Of a stretch of 64,000 nucleotides of DNA, positions 1 through 8,331 are shown in pieces; the stretch's first letter is position 1; each line of letters starts with the position of its first letter. Origin of the DNA: a virus; IMG/VR virus record IMGVR_UViG_3300045988_117314, positions 1 to 64,000 of that record; one strand, given 5' to 3'. The notes below the pieces were generated by a model, which was not told the DNA's origin, made no database searches, and saw only the letters and a program-made list of their open reading frames with translations. Position numbers and translations under genes: made by a program.

Positions 1-150
1 AGGATTGCAGTGCTTTAAAACAGCATTCTGTAGGTTCTTCCAACAAGATTAAGGATTGCAGTGCTTTAAAACAGCATTCTGTAGGTTCTTCAAACAAGAT
101 TAAGACTTACAGCGTTTTTAAAACAGTATTCTGTAGGTAAGAGTTAAGGA
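1..150. repeat. tandem direct repeat, ~51-bp unit x ~2.8 (1-51 and 52-102 near-identical; 103-~150 degenerate)
   Basis: Read directly: AGGATTGCAGTGCTTTAAAACAGCATTCTGTAGGTTCTTC[C/A]AACAAGATTAAG repeated head-to-tail. The array abuts the window edge, so more copies may lie upstream. Confidence 0.8.
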
Positions 151-208
151 CTGCATTATGTGAGTATTTTTTTCAATCGGAATGTATAACAATTAAAACA
201 TAAACAAC

Positions 209-490
209 ATGAACGTATATGACTTTGCGCCTGACTTAGATTTGAGTAAGGAGGGAGAAGGTTCTATTTTTGGGGTGAAAGGAATAGAAGACGGTGATGG
301 TATAGTATATGCTAAGGTAGTTAGCTGTGCAGAAGTTAAGGATTACAGTTGTGAGGGGTGTATTTTTAATGATTGTTATAAGAATAAATGTTTATTATCG
401 CGTAGTGTTAGTTGTGTAGATGGAGACTGGCTTTGTAGGTACGAACAGGCTGCCATAGAGGGGGGGGGAGTAGGCGGCGCCTTGGGCTAA
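209..490 (+). CDS. small Cys-rich protein (CEGCIFND motif); member of a 3-gene paralog family (209, 1912, 28842)
   Basis: ATG at 209. SCEGCIFNDCYKNKC motif shared with 28842..29051 and, more weakly, 1912..2160. The C-terminus is Gly-rich and runs into a GC-rich patch. Confidence 0.5.
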   Translation: MNVYDFAPDLDLSKEGEGSIFGVKGIEDGDGIVYAKVVSCAEVKDYSCEGCIFNDCYKNKCLLSRSVSCVDGDWLCRYEQAAIEGGGVGGALG

Positions 491-505
491 GGCCTGCGGT
501 TGTAG

Positions 506-829
506 GTGGAACGTAGTTCGGAGCAGATCCGGGACAGTTTATTGTGGAACGTAAAAAGAAAAAAGATGGAAAGAACAATACATTATATTTGGATAAATTG
601 GATATCTTATACAGGTTCGAAAAGTAGTAGACTAATAAGCAACAGGTCTATGCCGGTATCAGATGCCAAAGAGATGATATTAAGAACGAGTGCTAAAGAA
701 TTGCTTAAACACAGACCGAGTTGGTTAAAGGACTGTGTTCGTATTAGTGTAAGCGCACAGGATATTACGACCGGAGAGATACTGTATAGAAGAACTATAA
801 ACATAAAGAAGAAGGAGGAAATAATATGA
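506..829 (+). CDS. hypothetical protein
   Basis: Six-frame ORF whose stop overlaps the next start as ATGA (826-829), suggesting translational coupling. Start uncertain; an internal ATG at 566 is possible. Confidence 0.3.
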   Translation: MERSSEQIRDSLLWNVKRKKMERTIHYIWINWISYTGSKSSRLISNRSMPVSDAKEMILRTSAKELLKHRPSWLKDCVRISVSAQDITTGEILYRRTINIKKKEEII

Positions 830-906
830 AAAAGGCATTTAAGATATTTTCTATTATGTTTGTCATAGAAATAGTGCTGATAGCTATTTTAGACGCTATG
901 GCGTGA
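826..906 (+). CDS. small hydrophobic peptide (26 aa, MKKAFKIFSIMFVIEIVLIAILDAMA)
   Basis: Strong SD (GAAGGAGGAAATAAT) directly upstream of ATG 826. ATGA overlap with the upstream ORF. Single predicted TM segment. Confidence 0.35.
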   Translation: MKKAFKIFSIMFVIEIVLIAILDAMA

Positions 907-944
907 GAAGAATTTTCTTCATTAATTTTCTTATGCTTTAGACA

Positions 945-976
945 AAGTGCTCCCGTCTGCGAAGATCGGAGCACTT
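945..976 (+). other. perfect 9-bp stem hairpin (AAGTGCTCC/GGAGCACTT) with 14-nt loop CGTCTGCGAAGATC
   Basis: Inverted repeat read directly. Loop core GTCTGCGAAGAT (955-966) is identical to the loop of the terminator hairpin at 5816-5848. Followed by GCTTTAT, a weak U-tract. Confidence 0.5.
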
Positions 977-1002
977 GCTTTATGGGATTCATGGTGCGGT
1001 AG

Positions 1003-1029
1003 GTCGGTTCGATTCCGGCGATCTCACAC
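1003..1029 (+). ncRNA. tRNA-like 3' element 1: T-arm-like GTCGG-TTCGATT-CCGGC plus acceptor-3'-like tail GATCTCACACA; no canonical cloverleaf found upstream
   Basis: GGTTCGATTCC T-loop signature on the + strand. A manual fold fails to find matching acceptor-5', D or anticodon arms within 70-95 nt. Paralogous to the element at 1867-1893. Confidence 0.3.
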
Positions 1030-1057
1030 AACATTAAAAACAAAGGAGGAAAGAAAA

Positions 1058-1405
1058 ATGAAAGACGGAATTGTATTACACCCAGAGTATGGAGTTAATC
1101 CATCCATAGAAATATGTATAGTATGCGGTGAAGAGATGGGGATTGCTTTATTAGGAAATGGGATTAAAGGGCAGGCGCCGCATCATATATGCACGGGAGA
1201 AATATGTGACAATTGCAAAAAGATAATAGACGAAGGAGGTTGTTTTATTATCGAAGTCGAGGATGGATCAGATCAAAAGAATCCGTATCGTACAGGGAGA
1301 TATTGCGCGATAAAGAAAGAAGCAGCAAAGAAAATACTTGGACAGGAACATAGTGTTGTGTACATGGAAAAGTCTGCGTACAGTCAAATAATACCACAAA
1401 AATAA
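1058..1405 (+). CDS. Cys-rich small protein (115 aa), possible zinc-binding
   Basis: ATG at 1058 preceded by SD AAAGGAGGA (1042-1050). Motifs CIVCGEE...HHICTGEICDNCKK. The ORF-track start at 947 would span the tRNA-like element, so the downstream ATG is preferred. Confidence 0.55.
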   Translation: MKDGIVLHPEYGVNPSIEICIVCGEEMGIALLGNGIKGQAPHHICTGEICDNCKKIIDEGGCFIIEVEDGSDQKNPYRTGRYCAIKKEAAKKILGQEHSVVYMEKSAYSQIIPQK

Positions 1406-1413
1406 AGAAAGAT

Positions 1414-1737
1414 ATGTTTACAAAAGAAGAGCGATTATTCATTTGGAAAAAGGTATATGAGAATATCGAAAGGTTAGAGGATGGGGATTATATATGCGTC
1501 ATGTTGAGAAATATAGTATTTAAGTTTTTCAGTACTCCTAAAAAAATAGAATCCTTTTATGGGCTATATTTAGATAAAATGGTGAAAACATATTTCCCGG
1601 AATTGGAGGAAAAGAAAAGTATGGCTACAGAACCAGAAGAAGAATGGAGGATATATGGATGGTTTGGCTGTATTAGTCCAGAAACGAAGGAGGTGAGGCT
1701 AAATATCATAAAAGACATTATAAAAGAATTAGAATAG
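1414..1737 (+). CDS. hypothetical protein (107 aa)
   Basis: ATG 1414; compact spacing after the preceding gene. Confidence 0.5.
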   Translation: MFTKEERLFIWKKVYENIERLEDGDYICVMLRNIVFKFFSTPKKIESFYGLYLDKMVKTYFPELEEKKSMATEPEEEWRIYGWFGCISPETKEVRLNIIKDIIKELE

Positions 1738-1866
1738 TATTTTTGTTAATCTATTTTATTCATCAAATTAAGTTTTGGGTTTTGGCATGTCGGTTCGTGA
1801 GAATAGGCATGTCTATTTCTGTATCATAGAGGGGGTGACGCGGCGTGCCGGTATGTATGTGCCGGT

Positions 1867-1893
1867 CCTGGTTCGATTCTGGGTATCTCACAA
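1867..1893 (+). ncRNA. tRNA-like 3' element 2: CCTGG-TTCGATT-CTGGG plus tail TATCTCACAAAC; preceded by a GC-rich segment with direct repeats GTGCCGG x2 and GGCATGTC x2
   Basis: Shares GGTTCGATTCYGG..ATCTCACA with element 1. About 97 nt back to a possible GTGAGA acceptor-5' partner (1797-1802), which is too long for a standard tRNA. Fold not canonical. Confidence 0.3.
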
Positions 1894-1911
1894 ACAATAA
1901 AGCATAATCAT

Positions 1912-2160
1912 ATGGAAGTAATAACATTTGGTCCAGACATGGATCTATCTTCTAAAGAAGTAGGAGATGTATTTAGATTAAAATTGTATGGCATAGAGTA
2001 TGATGTCAAAGTAGTTGGTGACGAAGAAGATCTTGATATGTCTTGCAAAGATTGCGTCTTCTTTAACAACACCGGACGGTGTTCACTCTCAGAATCGCAA
2101 GACTGGTGCCTAAAAAAGCAAGTTATTTACTGTAAAATAAGACATGATGGAAGAATTTAA
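1912..2160 (+). CDS. small Cys-rich protein, paralog of 209..490 and 28842..29051
   Basis: ATG 1912, 19 nt after tRNA-like element 2. Motif SCKDCVFFNNTGRCS aligns with CEGCIFND(C/H). Confidence 0.5.
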   Translation: MEVITFGPDMDLSSKEVGDVFRLKLYGIEYDVKVVGDEEDLDMSCKDCVFFNNTGRCSLSESQDWCLKKQVIYCKIRHDGRI

Positions 2161-2335
2161 TACGAAAGACGCCAATTTCTTGTGGTGTCAAATTGGTAGG
2201 ATTGACGGGGGGATAGAAACTCTGAACCGTATCGGAGGAGAGATGCCGGAAATCATAGCCGGAGTGCTAAAAAGAATAAGAGACGATATAGATAAGTTTG
2301 TAGACAATAAAACGAAAAATTATGAGAATATATAG
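2144..2335 (+). CDS. hypothetical protein (63 aa)
   Basis: ORF overlaps the upstream stop; same strand as its neighbours. Confidence 0.35.
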   Translation: MMEEFNTKDANFLWCQIGRIDGGIETLNRIGGEMPEIIAGVLKRIRDDIDKFVDNKTKNYENI

Positions 2336-2522
2336 GAATGATATTATAAAGGCGTCAGCGATAAGCACAGACGACGACAGAGGTTTGTTGTTGTGTTCAA
2401 TAACAGATTCAGGGTTTACGTCTATAGCGAGCGTGATATCGGCTGTTAAAAACAAGCTACCAAACAAAGATCATAAGAAGATGGTGTTTGAAATCTTGAA
2501 TGATACGAAAAAAGAGTACTGA
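2322..2522 (+). CDS. hypothetical protein (66 aa)
   Basis: ORF in frame-consistent tight packing. Confidence 0.3.
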   Translation: MRIYRNDIIKASAISTDDDRGLLLCSITDSGFTSIASVISAVKNKLPNKDHKKMVFEILNDTKKEY

Positions 2523-2639
2523 CGATATAACAATTGTGGGACAAAAGTATTGTAATAAAGAGCAGAAAACAATATGTTTATGTAATGTTAGTTTTTTCAT
2601 TTTTATTGAAAGGAGTGCCGGCCTGTGAAGGTATGCGCT

Positions 2640-2660
2640 CTTTGTATTTGTATAATGAAT
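2640..2660 (+). promoter_or_regulatory. candidate sigma70-type -10 element TATAAT (2651-2656) with TG immediately upstream
   Basis: TTGTATAAT lies 19 nt upstream of ATG 2675, in a ~150-bp AT-rich gap. There is no good -35 hexamer. Confidence 0.25.
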
Positions 2661-2674
2661 AGAACGATAATAAT

Positions 2675-2929
2675 ATGACAGATAATAACATAGATGTGAA
2701 TATCGTACCTATAAGGAATGGTGCGAAACGAGTTGTGGTATCATATTACCATTATTCACGCAAGGATAAAAATCATATGAGTTCTCAAACGGATTACGTG
2801 TGGGAAACAAAGAATGAAGAAATGTTTAAATACTTTGAGGCCAGGAGGACAAAAGTATTTTATAGTCAGATTCGTGCCATGTGTAGATTCTATGGCAAGA
2901 AAAATGTACGTAAATACAAAAAGTTATGA
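2675..2929 (+). CDS. hypothetical protein (84 aa)
   Basis: ATG 2675; ATGA overlap with the next gene at 2926-2929. Confidence 0.45.
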   Translation: MTDNNIDVNIVPIRNGAKRVVVSYYHYSRKDKNHMSSQTDYVWETKNEEMFKYFEARRTKVFYSQIRAMCRFYGKKNVRKYKKL

Positions 2930-3735
2930 TATTAAAAACGACAACCAACGAATTTTGTTTTATTAACGTAAGTTTTTATGAAACAGTAGCAGACCCGCGT
3001 CATTTCTTTTCACAGGAATATGATGAGATGCCGGAATATGAGGATGAATCAGATTTTGATTTTGATTCTTATTGTAATGCGTTCATGCCTTATGTGCAAG
3101 AATGGGCGGACAAGGTTAAAGAACGTCTTTTAGTATATGGTGTAAAGGATATAAAGGTAACATCAGTCGGACGGCCAAGAGAGTATAACTATGGTACTGA
3201 TTGGATGGAGGTAGAGGTGGAGTTCTGTGATGGGTGGCGACAGGCGATATTATCCAACATTGGTAAGATAATCAATGATGATAGGTGTAGAAAATATGCT
3301 GAGGTAAATTATAAATCAGTTCAGGGTTACATATTTTTCGGGCCTGAAGATCTAAAGGAGTTTGAGAAAGAAATAATAGAAAAGAATCCAAATTCAGGAT
3401 ATGATCCAGCAGTGCTATTAAATATGTATCTAACTTTGGCTTTTGTAAAAGAATTTGGGTTCGTAGCTGAAGATGCGTGGCATGATGTAGTAGCGGAAGC
3501 CTTTCATTATCTACAATATCATAATTTCGCAACAACGGAAACGTTTATACCGGAAGGTTCGGAGTATTTATTCAATGACGTGCATACGGCAGAAGCCGAC
3601 GAATTATATCATCATGTCCTGGATAAATTCGGATGGGCGTGGCGTGATCCGAAATATAAGTCAGAAACAGAATTATGCGCAATGTTAAAATGGGCAAAAG
3701 AAAAAGGCTTGACCATTGAAGAGTTAAGTATTTAA
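2926..3735 (+). CDS. hypothetical protein (269 aa), acidic N-terminal region
   Basis: Long ORF, ATG 2926, coupled to the upstream gene. Confidence 0.6.
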   Translation: MILKTTTNEFCFINVSFYETVADPRHFFSQEYDEMPEYEDESDFDFDSYCNAFMPYVQEWADKVKERLLVYGVKDIKVTSVGRPREYNYGTDWMEVEVEFCDGWRQAILSNIGKIINDDRCRKYAEVNYKSVQGYIFFGPEDLKEFEKEIIEKNPNSGYDPAVLLNMYLTLAFVKEFGFVAEDAWHDVVAEAFHYLQYHNFATTETFIPEGSEYLFNDVHTAEADELYHHVLDKFGWAWRDPKYKSETELCAMLKWAKEKGLTIEELSI

Positions 3736-3798
3736 TTGTTAAACATAAGGCAGTAGTGGTGCGTGAGTATAGGTGCTGCCGTTAAAATATTTTATAAG

Positions 3799-4047
3799 AT
3801 GAAAAAAGAAGAGATTCAAACTATTTTATACACAATCAAAGAAGGAGACAGTATTAAGATCAAAGTACAAGACAAAAGTGAAGAGATAAGATTGCGGGAT
3901 CATGTAAGAAGAGTACAGAAATACGGATACAGGTTTTGTTTGTCTCATTTACATGATGGAATTTTCTATCTGGAGAAGTTGGAAGAGGGAGATAAAGATA
4001 AATACTATAGAGTAATAAACAGAGGAAATGGAAAGACCGGAGTATAA
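3799..4047 (+). CDS. hypothetical protein (82 aa)
   Basis: The ORF-track start at 3763 is GTG. The first ATG (3799, MKKEEIQ...) is preferred. Confidence 0.45.
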   Translation: MKKEEIQTILYTIKEGDSIKIKVQDKSEEIRLRDHVRRVQKYGYRFCLSHLHDGIFYLEKLEEGDKDKYYRVINRGNGKTGV

Positions 4048-4321
4048 TAAGCTACGTAAAATGGCTAAGACTACTCCAGGTCTGATAGTGGACGAGGCGC
4101 AAAACATGATGCGTGTATCGCTATACGATAATGGGGAACTTAAGAAGGTGGTAGTGGTAATGAAATGCGATTCTTTTTTACAGTCAAAAAGTAACATAGA
4201 AAAGATAATGTTATTATCATCTTCTATAGAAGATAGAAAAAACAAAGAAAAAAATAAAACAAAATCAGAAAATGAACAGAATAACAAAAATAAGAGAAGA
4301 GATAGGAGGAAAACAGGTTGA
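4028..4321 (+). CDS. hypothetical protein with Lys/Asn-rich C-terminal tail
   Basis: ATG 4028 with SD AGAGGA. Same orientation as the whole module. Confidence 0.35.
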   Translation: MERPEYNKLRKMAKTTPGLIVDEAQNMMRVSLYDNGELKKVVVVMKCDSFLQSKSNIEKIMLLSSSIEDRKNKEKNKTKSENEQNNKNKRRDRRKTG

Positions 4322-4655
4322 TTTAACCTTTTACGGGCGCTTTTGCAGCCTTATCGAAGGTGATAGGAAGATAATACTAAGGGCGATAAAAAACGGTCGT
4401 AAAAAAGGCGTAATCGGAGCCATTCAGCCTGGGAGACATGATAGAATTTGGACCACATGGTCTATTGCTTTTGATGATCTGAAGGTAGGGGATACAGTAG
4501 AGTTCACTACATCTGGAAAATATAATCCCGGATTTCATACTACGGAGACGTATGTAGGATGTGTAGAATGGATAAAAGGATCGGAATGTGCGATAAAAAC
4601 CGGCAATGGAATGGCGGTAGTATTAATTAAACACGTGGAAAGGGTGGTAAAATGA
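4272..4655 (+). CDS. hypothetical protein (127 aa)
   Basis: ATG 4272; ATGA coupling to the next gene at 4652. Confidence 0.5.
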   Translation: MNRITKIREEIGGKQVDLTFYGRFCSLIEGDRKIILRAIKNGRKKGVIGAIQPGRHDRIWTTWSIAFDDLKVGDTVEFTTSGKYNPGFHTTETYVGCVEWIKGSECAIKTGNGMAVVLIKHVERVVK

Positions 4656-4936
4656 TGGATTTAAGAATGTTTATAGACCTATTTCAGGAGATTGAGGTAG
4701 AGAACTTGTTTAAAGCGTTAGATTTATGTATGGAATATGCAAGATTAGATTTACATGTGTTTAATATAGGAGCTCATGTAACATGTTCATACAGTAATGA
4801 TCTTGAATCGCTTTCACAGGCAGAAGGTTGTAATGTGAATATGATAATAGAGGTACCCTACTTGTTTGAAGCATTTATGGAATACGCTTCACCGGAAATG
4901 AAGTTGTATTATGAAAAACTAACAGAGACAGTATAA
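4652..4936 (+). CDS. hypothetical protein (94 aa)
   Basis: ATG 4652 overlapping the upstream stop. Confidence 0.5.
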   Translation: MMDLRMFIDLFQEIEVENLFKALDLCMEYARLDLHVFNIGAHVTCSYSNDLESLSQAEGCNVNMIIEVPYLFEAFMEYASPEMKLYYEKLTETV

Positions 4937-4937
4937 T

Positions 4938-5420
4938 ATGAAAGAGGAAGTAGAACGGATAAAGAGGTTGGTTGGCATAGATCATAATAGATGGGAGCAA
5001 CCTTGTACATGTGATAAATGCAAGAATATGTGTAAGGTCCCTTGTATTGGTACGCCAAAAGACATAGAGGCTATCATAGATGCCGGATACGCTGACAGGT
5101 TAAAAGAAACAATGTGGATGGTCGGGTATCTTGCAGTGAAAGAAAAACCAATAGCGATGATCCAGCCAACAGAAAAAGACGGGTGGTGCGCATTCCGCCA
5201 GCCGGACGGTCTCTGCGAGCTGCATGACCGCGGACTAAAGCCGACTGAAGGAGTTCTGGCTTCTTGCAAGGTGGTTGAAGAAGACGATATTCCAACATAC
5301 GAGACATCCGTACTTAGAGCGGTAGCCCACGAGTGGGTTAAGGTAGAGAACTTCGCAACTACAATGAGGGTCGTTTTTAAATACTTGCATTACAATGAAC
5401 GTAGAGAACAAGATAAATAA
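4938..5420 (+). CDS. hypothetical Cys-containing protein (160 aa)
   Basis: ATG 4938. CTCDKCKNMCKVPC motif. Contains a GC-rich patch (about 5190-5290). Confidence 0.55.
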   Translation: MKEEVERIKRLVGIDHNRWEQPCTCDKCKNMCKVPCIGTPKDIEAIIDAGYADRLKETMWMVGYLAVKEKPIAMIQPTEKDGWCAFRQPDGLCELHDRGLKPTEGVLASCKVVEEDDIPTYETSVLRAVAHEWVKVENFATTMRVVFKYLHYNERREQDK

Positions 5421-5799
5421 GATAGCTAAGATCTTAAAAGAAAAAGGATTTATTGTGTATAAGAAAGGCGGGAAGGAACCAGGTGTGTTTTACGCCAAAG
5501 AAGGTGACAGCCGGATAGGATTCGTTTATCCCAACAACGGATATATATACGACAGGATAAAGATGTGGTCTTTTTCAAGGATATATAAACCACATAAGAA
5601 AACCGGATCTTCGTGTTTAATGTGTGTCAGCGACGAATTTACGATAGAGAATGCGATTAAGAACATAGAGGATAGACTGTGGGTGAATTATATAAAAGAC
5701 GATAACAGAAAACGACCAGAAGAATATAAAAATATAAGAGAATTTGTTGGTAGCTTCACTAAATTCTACAACTCTGTAGAATTAGTTGAAGTTAAGTAG
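5395..5799 (+). CDS. hypothetical protein (134 aa)
   Basis: ATG 5395; followed by a terminator hairpin and T-run. Confidence 0.55.
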   Translation: MNVENKINKIAKILKEKGFIVYKKGGKEPGVFYAKEGDSRIGFVYPNNGYIYDRIKMWSFSRIYKPHKKTGSSCLMCVSDEFTIENAIKNIEDRLWVNYIKDDNRKRPEEYKNIREFVGSFTKFYNSVELVEVK

Positions 5800-5815
5800 T
5801 TTTCCATGCAAGTTA

Positions 5816-5857
5816 GTTGCCGGCACTGGTCTGCGAAGATAGGTGTCGTTTTTTTTT
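5816..5857 (+). terminator. intrinsic terminator: stem CGGCAC(T)/(G)GTGTCG, 14-nt loop GGTCTGCGAAGATA, then T9
   Basis: Hairpin plus TTTTTTTTT at 5849-5857, directly after the stop of 5395..5799. The loop shares GTCTGCGAAGAT with the hairpin at 945-976. Confidence 0.6.
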
Positions 5858-5878
5858 ATTCAAGGAAGGAGGACAAAG

Positions 5879-6406
5879 ATGGAGAAAATAAGAATAGAAG
5901 TAGACAAAGTGATATTATACTATATGGATCGGGTAGACCCTGACGGGAACCTATACCGGTTCTATGTATATAAAGATATGGCATCTGAAATAGAATACTT
6001 TTGTACGGAAGAGGCAGGTAATATGACTATACCAATCGGAGAAGGAAAGTATATTGAAATCGTGCCAAGGGAAATAGTGAAAATACCAGTAAGGGGATAC
6101 AGAAGGCTTGCTGGAAAATGGAATTGTGAGACATGTTATGGGAAAGGCTGGTATAGGCTTTTTAATTATTTCAAATACAAGCCAGACATATGTTATATTA
6201 AAAACATAGGGCGTGATAAAAATGGAAACACAAGATATGAAATATCATTATTTAATGCCACTATGAATGTGACAAGGTATTTTAATTTGTGGAGAATGAA
6301 GCCAGGAAAGCATGTTATGATAACAAACGAGTACGGAGTCTTGGATATTATAAAAGAAAAATTCGATAACATAAATATAGTGGAATATAGTGGAATATGG
6401 ATATAA
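5879..6406 (+). CDS. hypothetical protein (175 aa)
   Basis: The ORF-track start at 5843 is GTG. ATG 5879 is preceded by SD GGAAGGAGG. Confidence 0.55.
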   Translation: MEKIRIEVDKVILYYMDRVDPDGNLYRFYVYKDMASEIEYFCTEEAGNMTIPIGEGKYIEIVPREIVKIPVRGYRRLAGKWNCETCYGKGWYRLFNYFKYKPDICYIKNIGRDKNGNTRYEISLFNATMNVTRYFNLWRMKPGKHVMITNEYGVLDIIKEKFDNINIVEYSGIWI

Positions 6407-6594
6407 ATAAAAAGAGCAGAAAGGATTATGAAAAGTATCTTAACTCCATATCTCCAGATAGAGACGATGAGGCATGGATCATTGGAGGAAAGAACAGGTA
6501 TTGCGGTAGAGAGAATTATGGTACTATGATCAAAAGATATGATCCTATTGGTTTCAGTGTAGGATACAGGGAGTGGGCAGAACAGCCAGAGTGA
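6397..6594 (+). CDS. hypothetical protein (65 aa)
   Basis: ATG 6397 overlapping the upstream gene end; followed by a GC-rich palindromic patch. Confidence 0.4.
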   Translation: MDINKKSRKDYEKYLNSISPDRDDEAWIIGGKNRYCGRENYGTMIKRYDPIGFSVGYREWAEQPE

Positions 6595-6696
6595 GGCGGC
6601 GCCTGCCCTGCCATGAGGTCGGCCTGGCTGTTCGTGGCCAGGATCATACATTAATCAGATAGTGAACAACGAAAACAATACAAATGTTTGTTAATT

Positions 6697-7167
6697 ATGA
6701 GAGTAGAAGATTTAACGAAGTTTGAAGGAGAATGTCCTAACATAGTCGTATTTGGTACATATATGGATATTAGGGTTCCATTAACGAAGAAATGGAAGAA
6801 AATTATTAACGAGAGAGGAGATAAGCCAAACACGTATCATAACTGTTTGATTAGTTATATCTCAGAGCAGATCGCGTTGTCCGGATTCAACATGAAAAGC
6901 ATCGGGAACCTGTTAATAAAGGGAATCGTTTTTAATCAAAACGATTACTATAAGTATAACGACGTAGGAGGATTCCCGGCAACTATCAACGATTTGGGAT
7001 ATTGGGATAAAAACAGGGTAGAGCTAAATGAAGATTTTCACACTGTTAGGCTGTTTAATACAGTAAGTGTATATGGATTGATGTTTGGACCCATAAAACA
7101 AAATAATTTCATTACGCTGGAAAACGATATAATGCAGATTAATGTTGGCAGCATAACTTACATCTAA
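6697..7167 (+). CDS. hypothetical protein (156 aa)
   Basis: The ORF-track start at 6688 is TTG. ATG 6697 (MRVEDL...) is preferred. Confidence 0.5.
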   Translation: MRVEDLTKFEGECPNIVVFGTYMDIRVPLTKKWKKIINERGDKPNTYHNCLISYISEQIALSGFNMKSIGNLLIKGIVFNQNDYYKYNDVGGFPATINDLGYWDKNRVELNEDFHTVRLFNTVSVYGLMFGPIKQNNFITLENDIMQINVGSITYI

Positions 7168-7178
7168 AGAGATAAATC

Positions 7179-7658
7179 ATGAAGCTATTATACTTAGTAG
7201 AATCAGGAAAATCGAAGTTTCTTGTCTTCGACGAAATGCCTGATAAAATTAGCACAAAGTACGGAGATGATACCATTATTGGAAGGATAGGAGGTGTATT
7301 CTATGATTTCCTTGCAAAGAGAAATGAGAGAAGAGAAGCTTTCGGAGGTAGAAAGTTCGATATCGTACTTGACAACGGGGAGATAGAGAAGTGTGAAGGG
7401 CAATGGTGGGATGCGGTGACAGACAGAGCAAGAGAAGAATTGGAAAAAGAGGGAAATCCACTTTCTAAAATGGTACTGATTGGTGTTTCTTCAGTAGATA
7501 GATTATTGGATTGCTATGTGTATTATGGATTATGGGCATCCGAAAGTAAGATTGAAGAAATGATAGCTGACTACAAAGGTCGTATATATGAGTATTACGA
7601 ATTTAAGGAAGAGGTCATTAATAAGATAAATGAGACCCTTAGAAAATCATATATTTAA
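7179..7658 (+). CDS. hypothetical protein (159 aa)
   Basis: ATG 7179. Confidence 0.55.
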   Translation: MKLLYLVESGKSKFLVFDEMPDKISTKYGDDTIIGRIGGVFYDFLAKRNERREAFGGRKFDIVLDNGEIEKCEGQWWDAVTDRAREELEKEGNPLSKMVLIGVSSVDRLLDCYVYYGLWASESKIEEMIADYKGRIYEYYEFKEEVINKINETLRKSYI

Positions 7659-7688
7659 TCTTGGAAAGAACGGATAATACGATCTGGG

Positions 7689-7934
7689 ATGAGACAGAAA
7701 GGGAAAGACGTGTTTGAATCACCGGATGGATTGTATATTGAGATGGTATATGAGAACAAAGCGTTTGTGCCATATAGACCTATAAAAGAAATCCAGGATT
7801 TACCTATAGATGCAAAGTATATACCGCTTCTTACAAGGATATTTGGAAAGAACATACTTGCGGAGATAGGAGGATATAAGATATTTATAACTACTGGAAA
7901 ATATGCTGTGAATTTTTGGTGCTGGAAAAAGTAA
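7689..7934 (+). CDS. hypothetical protein (81 aa)
   Basis: ATG 7689. Confidence 0.4.
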   Translation: MRQKGKDVFESPDGLYIEMVYENKAFVPYRPIKEIQDLPIDAKYIPLLTRIFGKNILAEIGGYKIFITTGKYAVNFWCWKK

Positions 7935-7968
7935 GCATAATGTAAAAAGAAGATTAAAATAATAGCTT

Positions 7969-8283
7969 ATGACATTTCGAGAATTTATGCAGGAGAACGG
8001 CTATGACCGGATAACTACCTTTTGGGAAGATTTCAGCATAGCCGACAAGTATGGTGTAGCAGGTGTCAAAGATACCTACAAACGTGCATTCAGTGAATGG
8101 AAAGATGATTATAAGTTTTTCACGGAATTAACGCTCGTATTGAATCATAAAATCTGGCAGCATTATGACAGCAATCGTGAACTGGCTGCACTGTATGACC
8201 GGTTGTGGCGAGAAGCTGACGAGTATGCCATGAATAACTTTAAGGGAGAAGAACTTGATTATTATTACAGAATAACAGATTAA
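7969..8283 (+). CDS. hypothetical protein (104 aa)
   Basis: ATG 7969. Confidence 0.5.
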   Translation: MTFREFMQENGYDRITTFWEDFSIADKYGVAGVKDTYKRAFSEWKDDYKFFTELTLVLNHKIWQHYDSNRELAALYDRLWREADEYAMNNFKGEELDYYYRITD

Positions 8284-8331
8284 TATTATGACAGCAGCAG
8301 AAAAATTAAGAACTATTTAAAATATAAAGAC

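Noticed and set aside
1-150. The tandem repeat as a CRISPR array.
   Set aside because: Only about 2.8 copies, with no intervening unique spacers, and the units are contiguous. It is a simple tandem repeat.
945-1029. A canonical tRNA gene ending with the GGTTCGATTCC T-loop.
   Set aside because: Manual cloverleaf folding finds no acceptor-5' strand complementary to GATCTCA at the right distance. Only AGATCG at 963-968 pairs, giving a 62-nt molecule. No D or anticodon arm with a U33 / purine-37 loop is present. Kept only as a tRNA-like element pending covariance-model search.
1003-1893. The tRNA-like 3' fragments as phage attP sites for integration into a host tRNA gene.
   Set aside because: No integrase or recombinase gene is recognisable anywhere in the window, and there are two divergent copies rather than a single att core. 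Left as speculation only.
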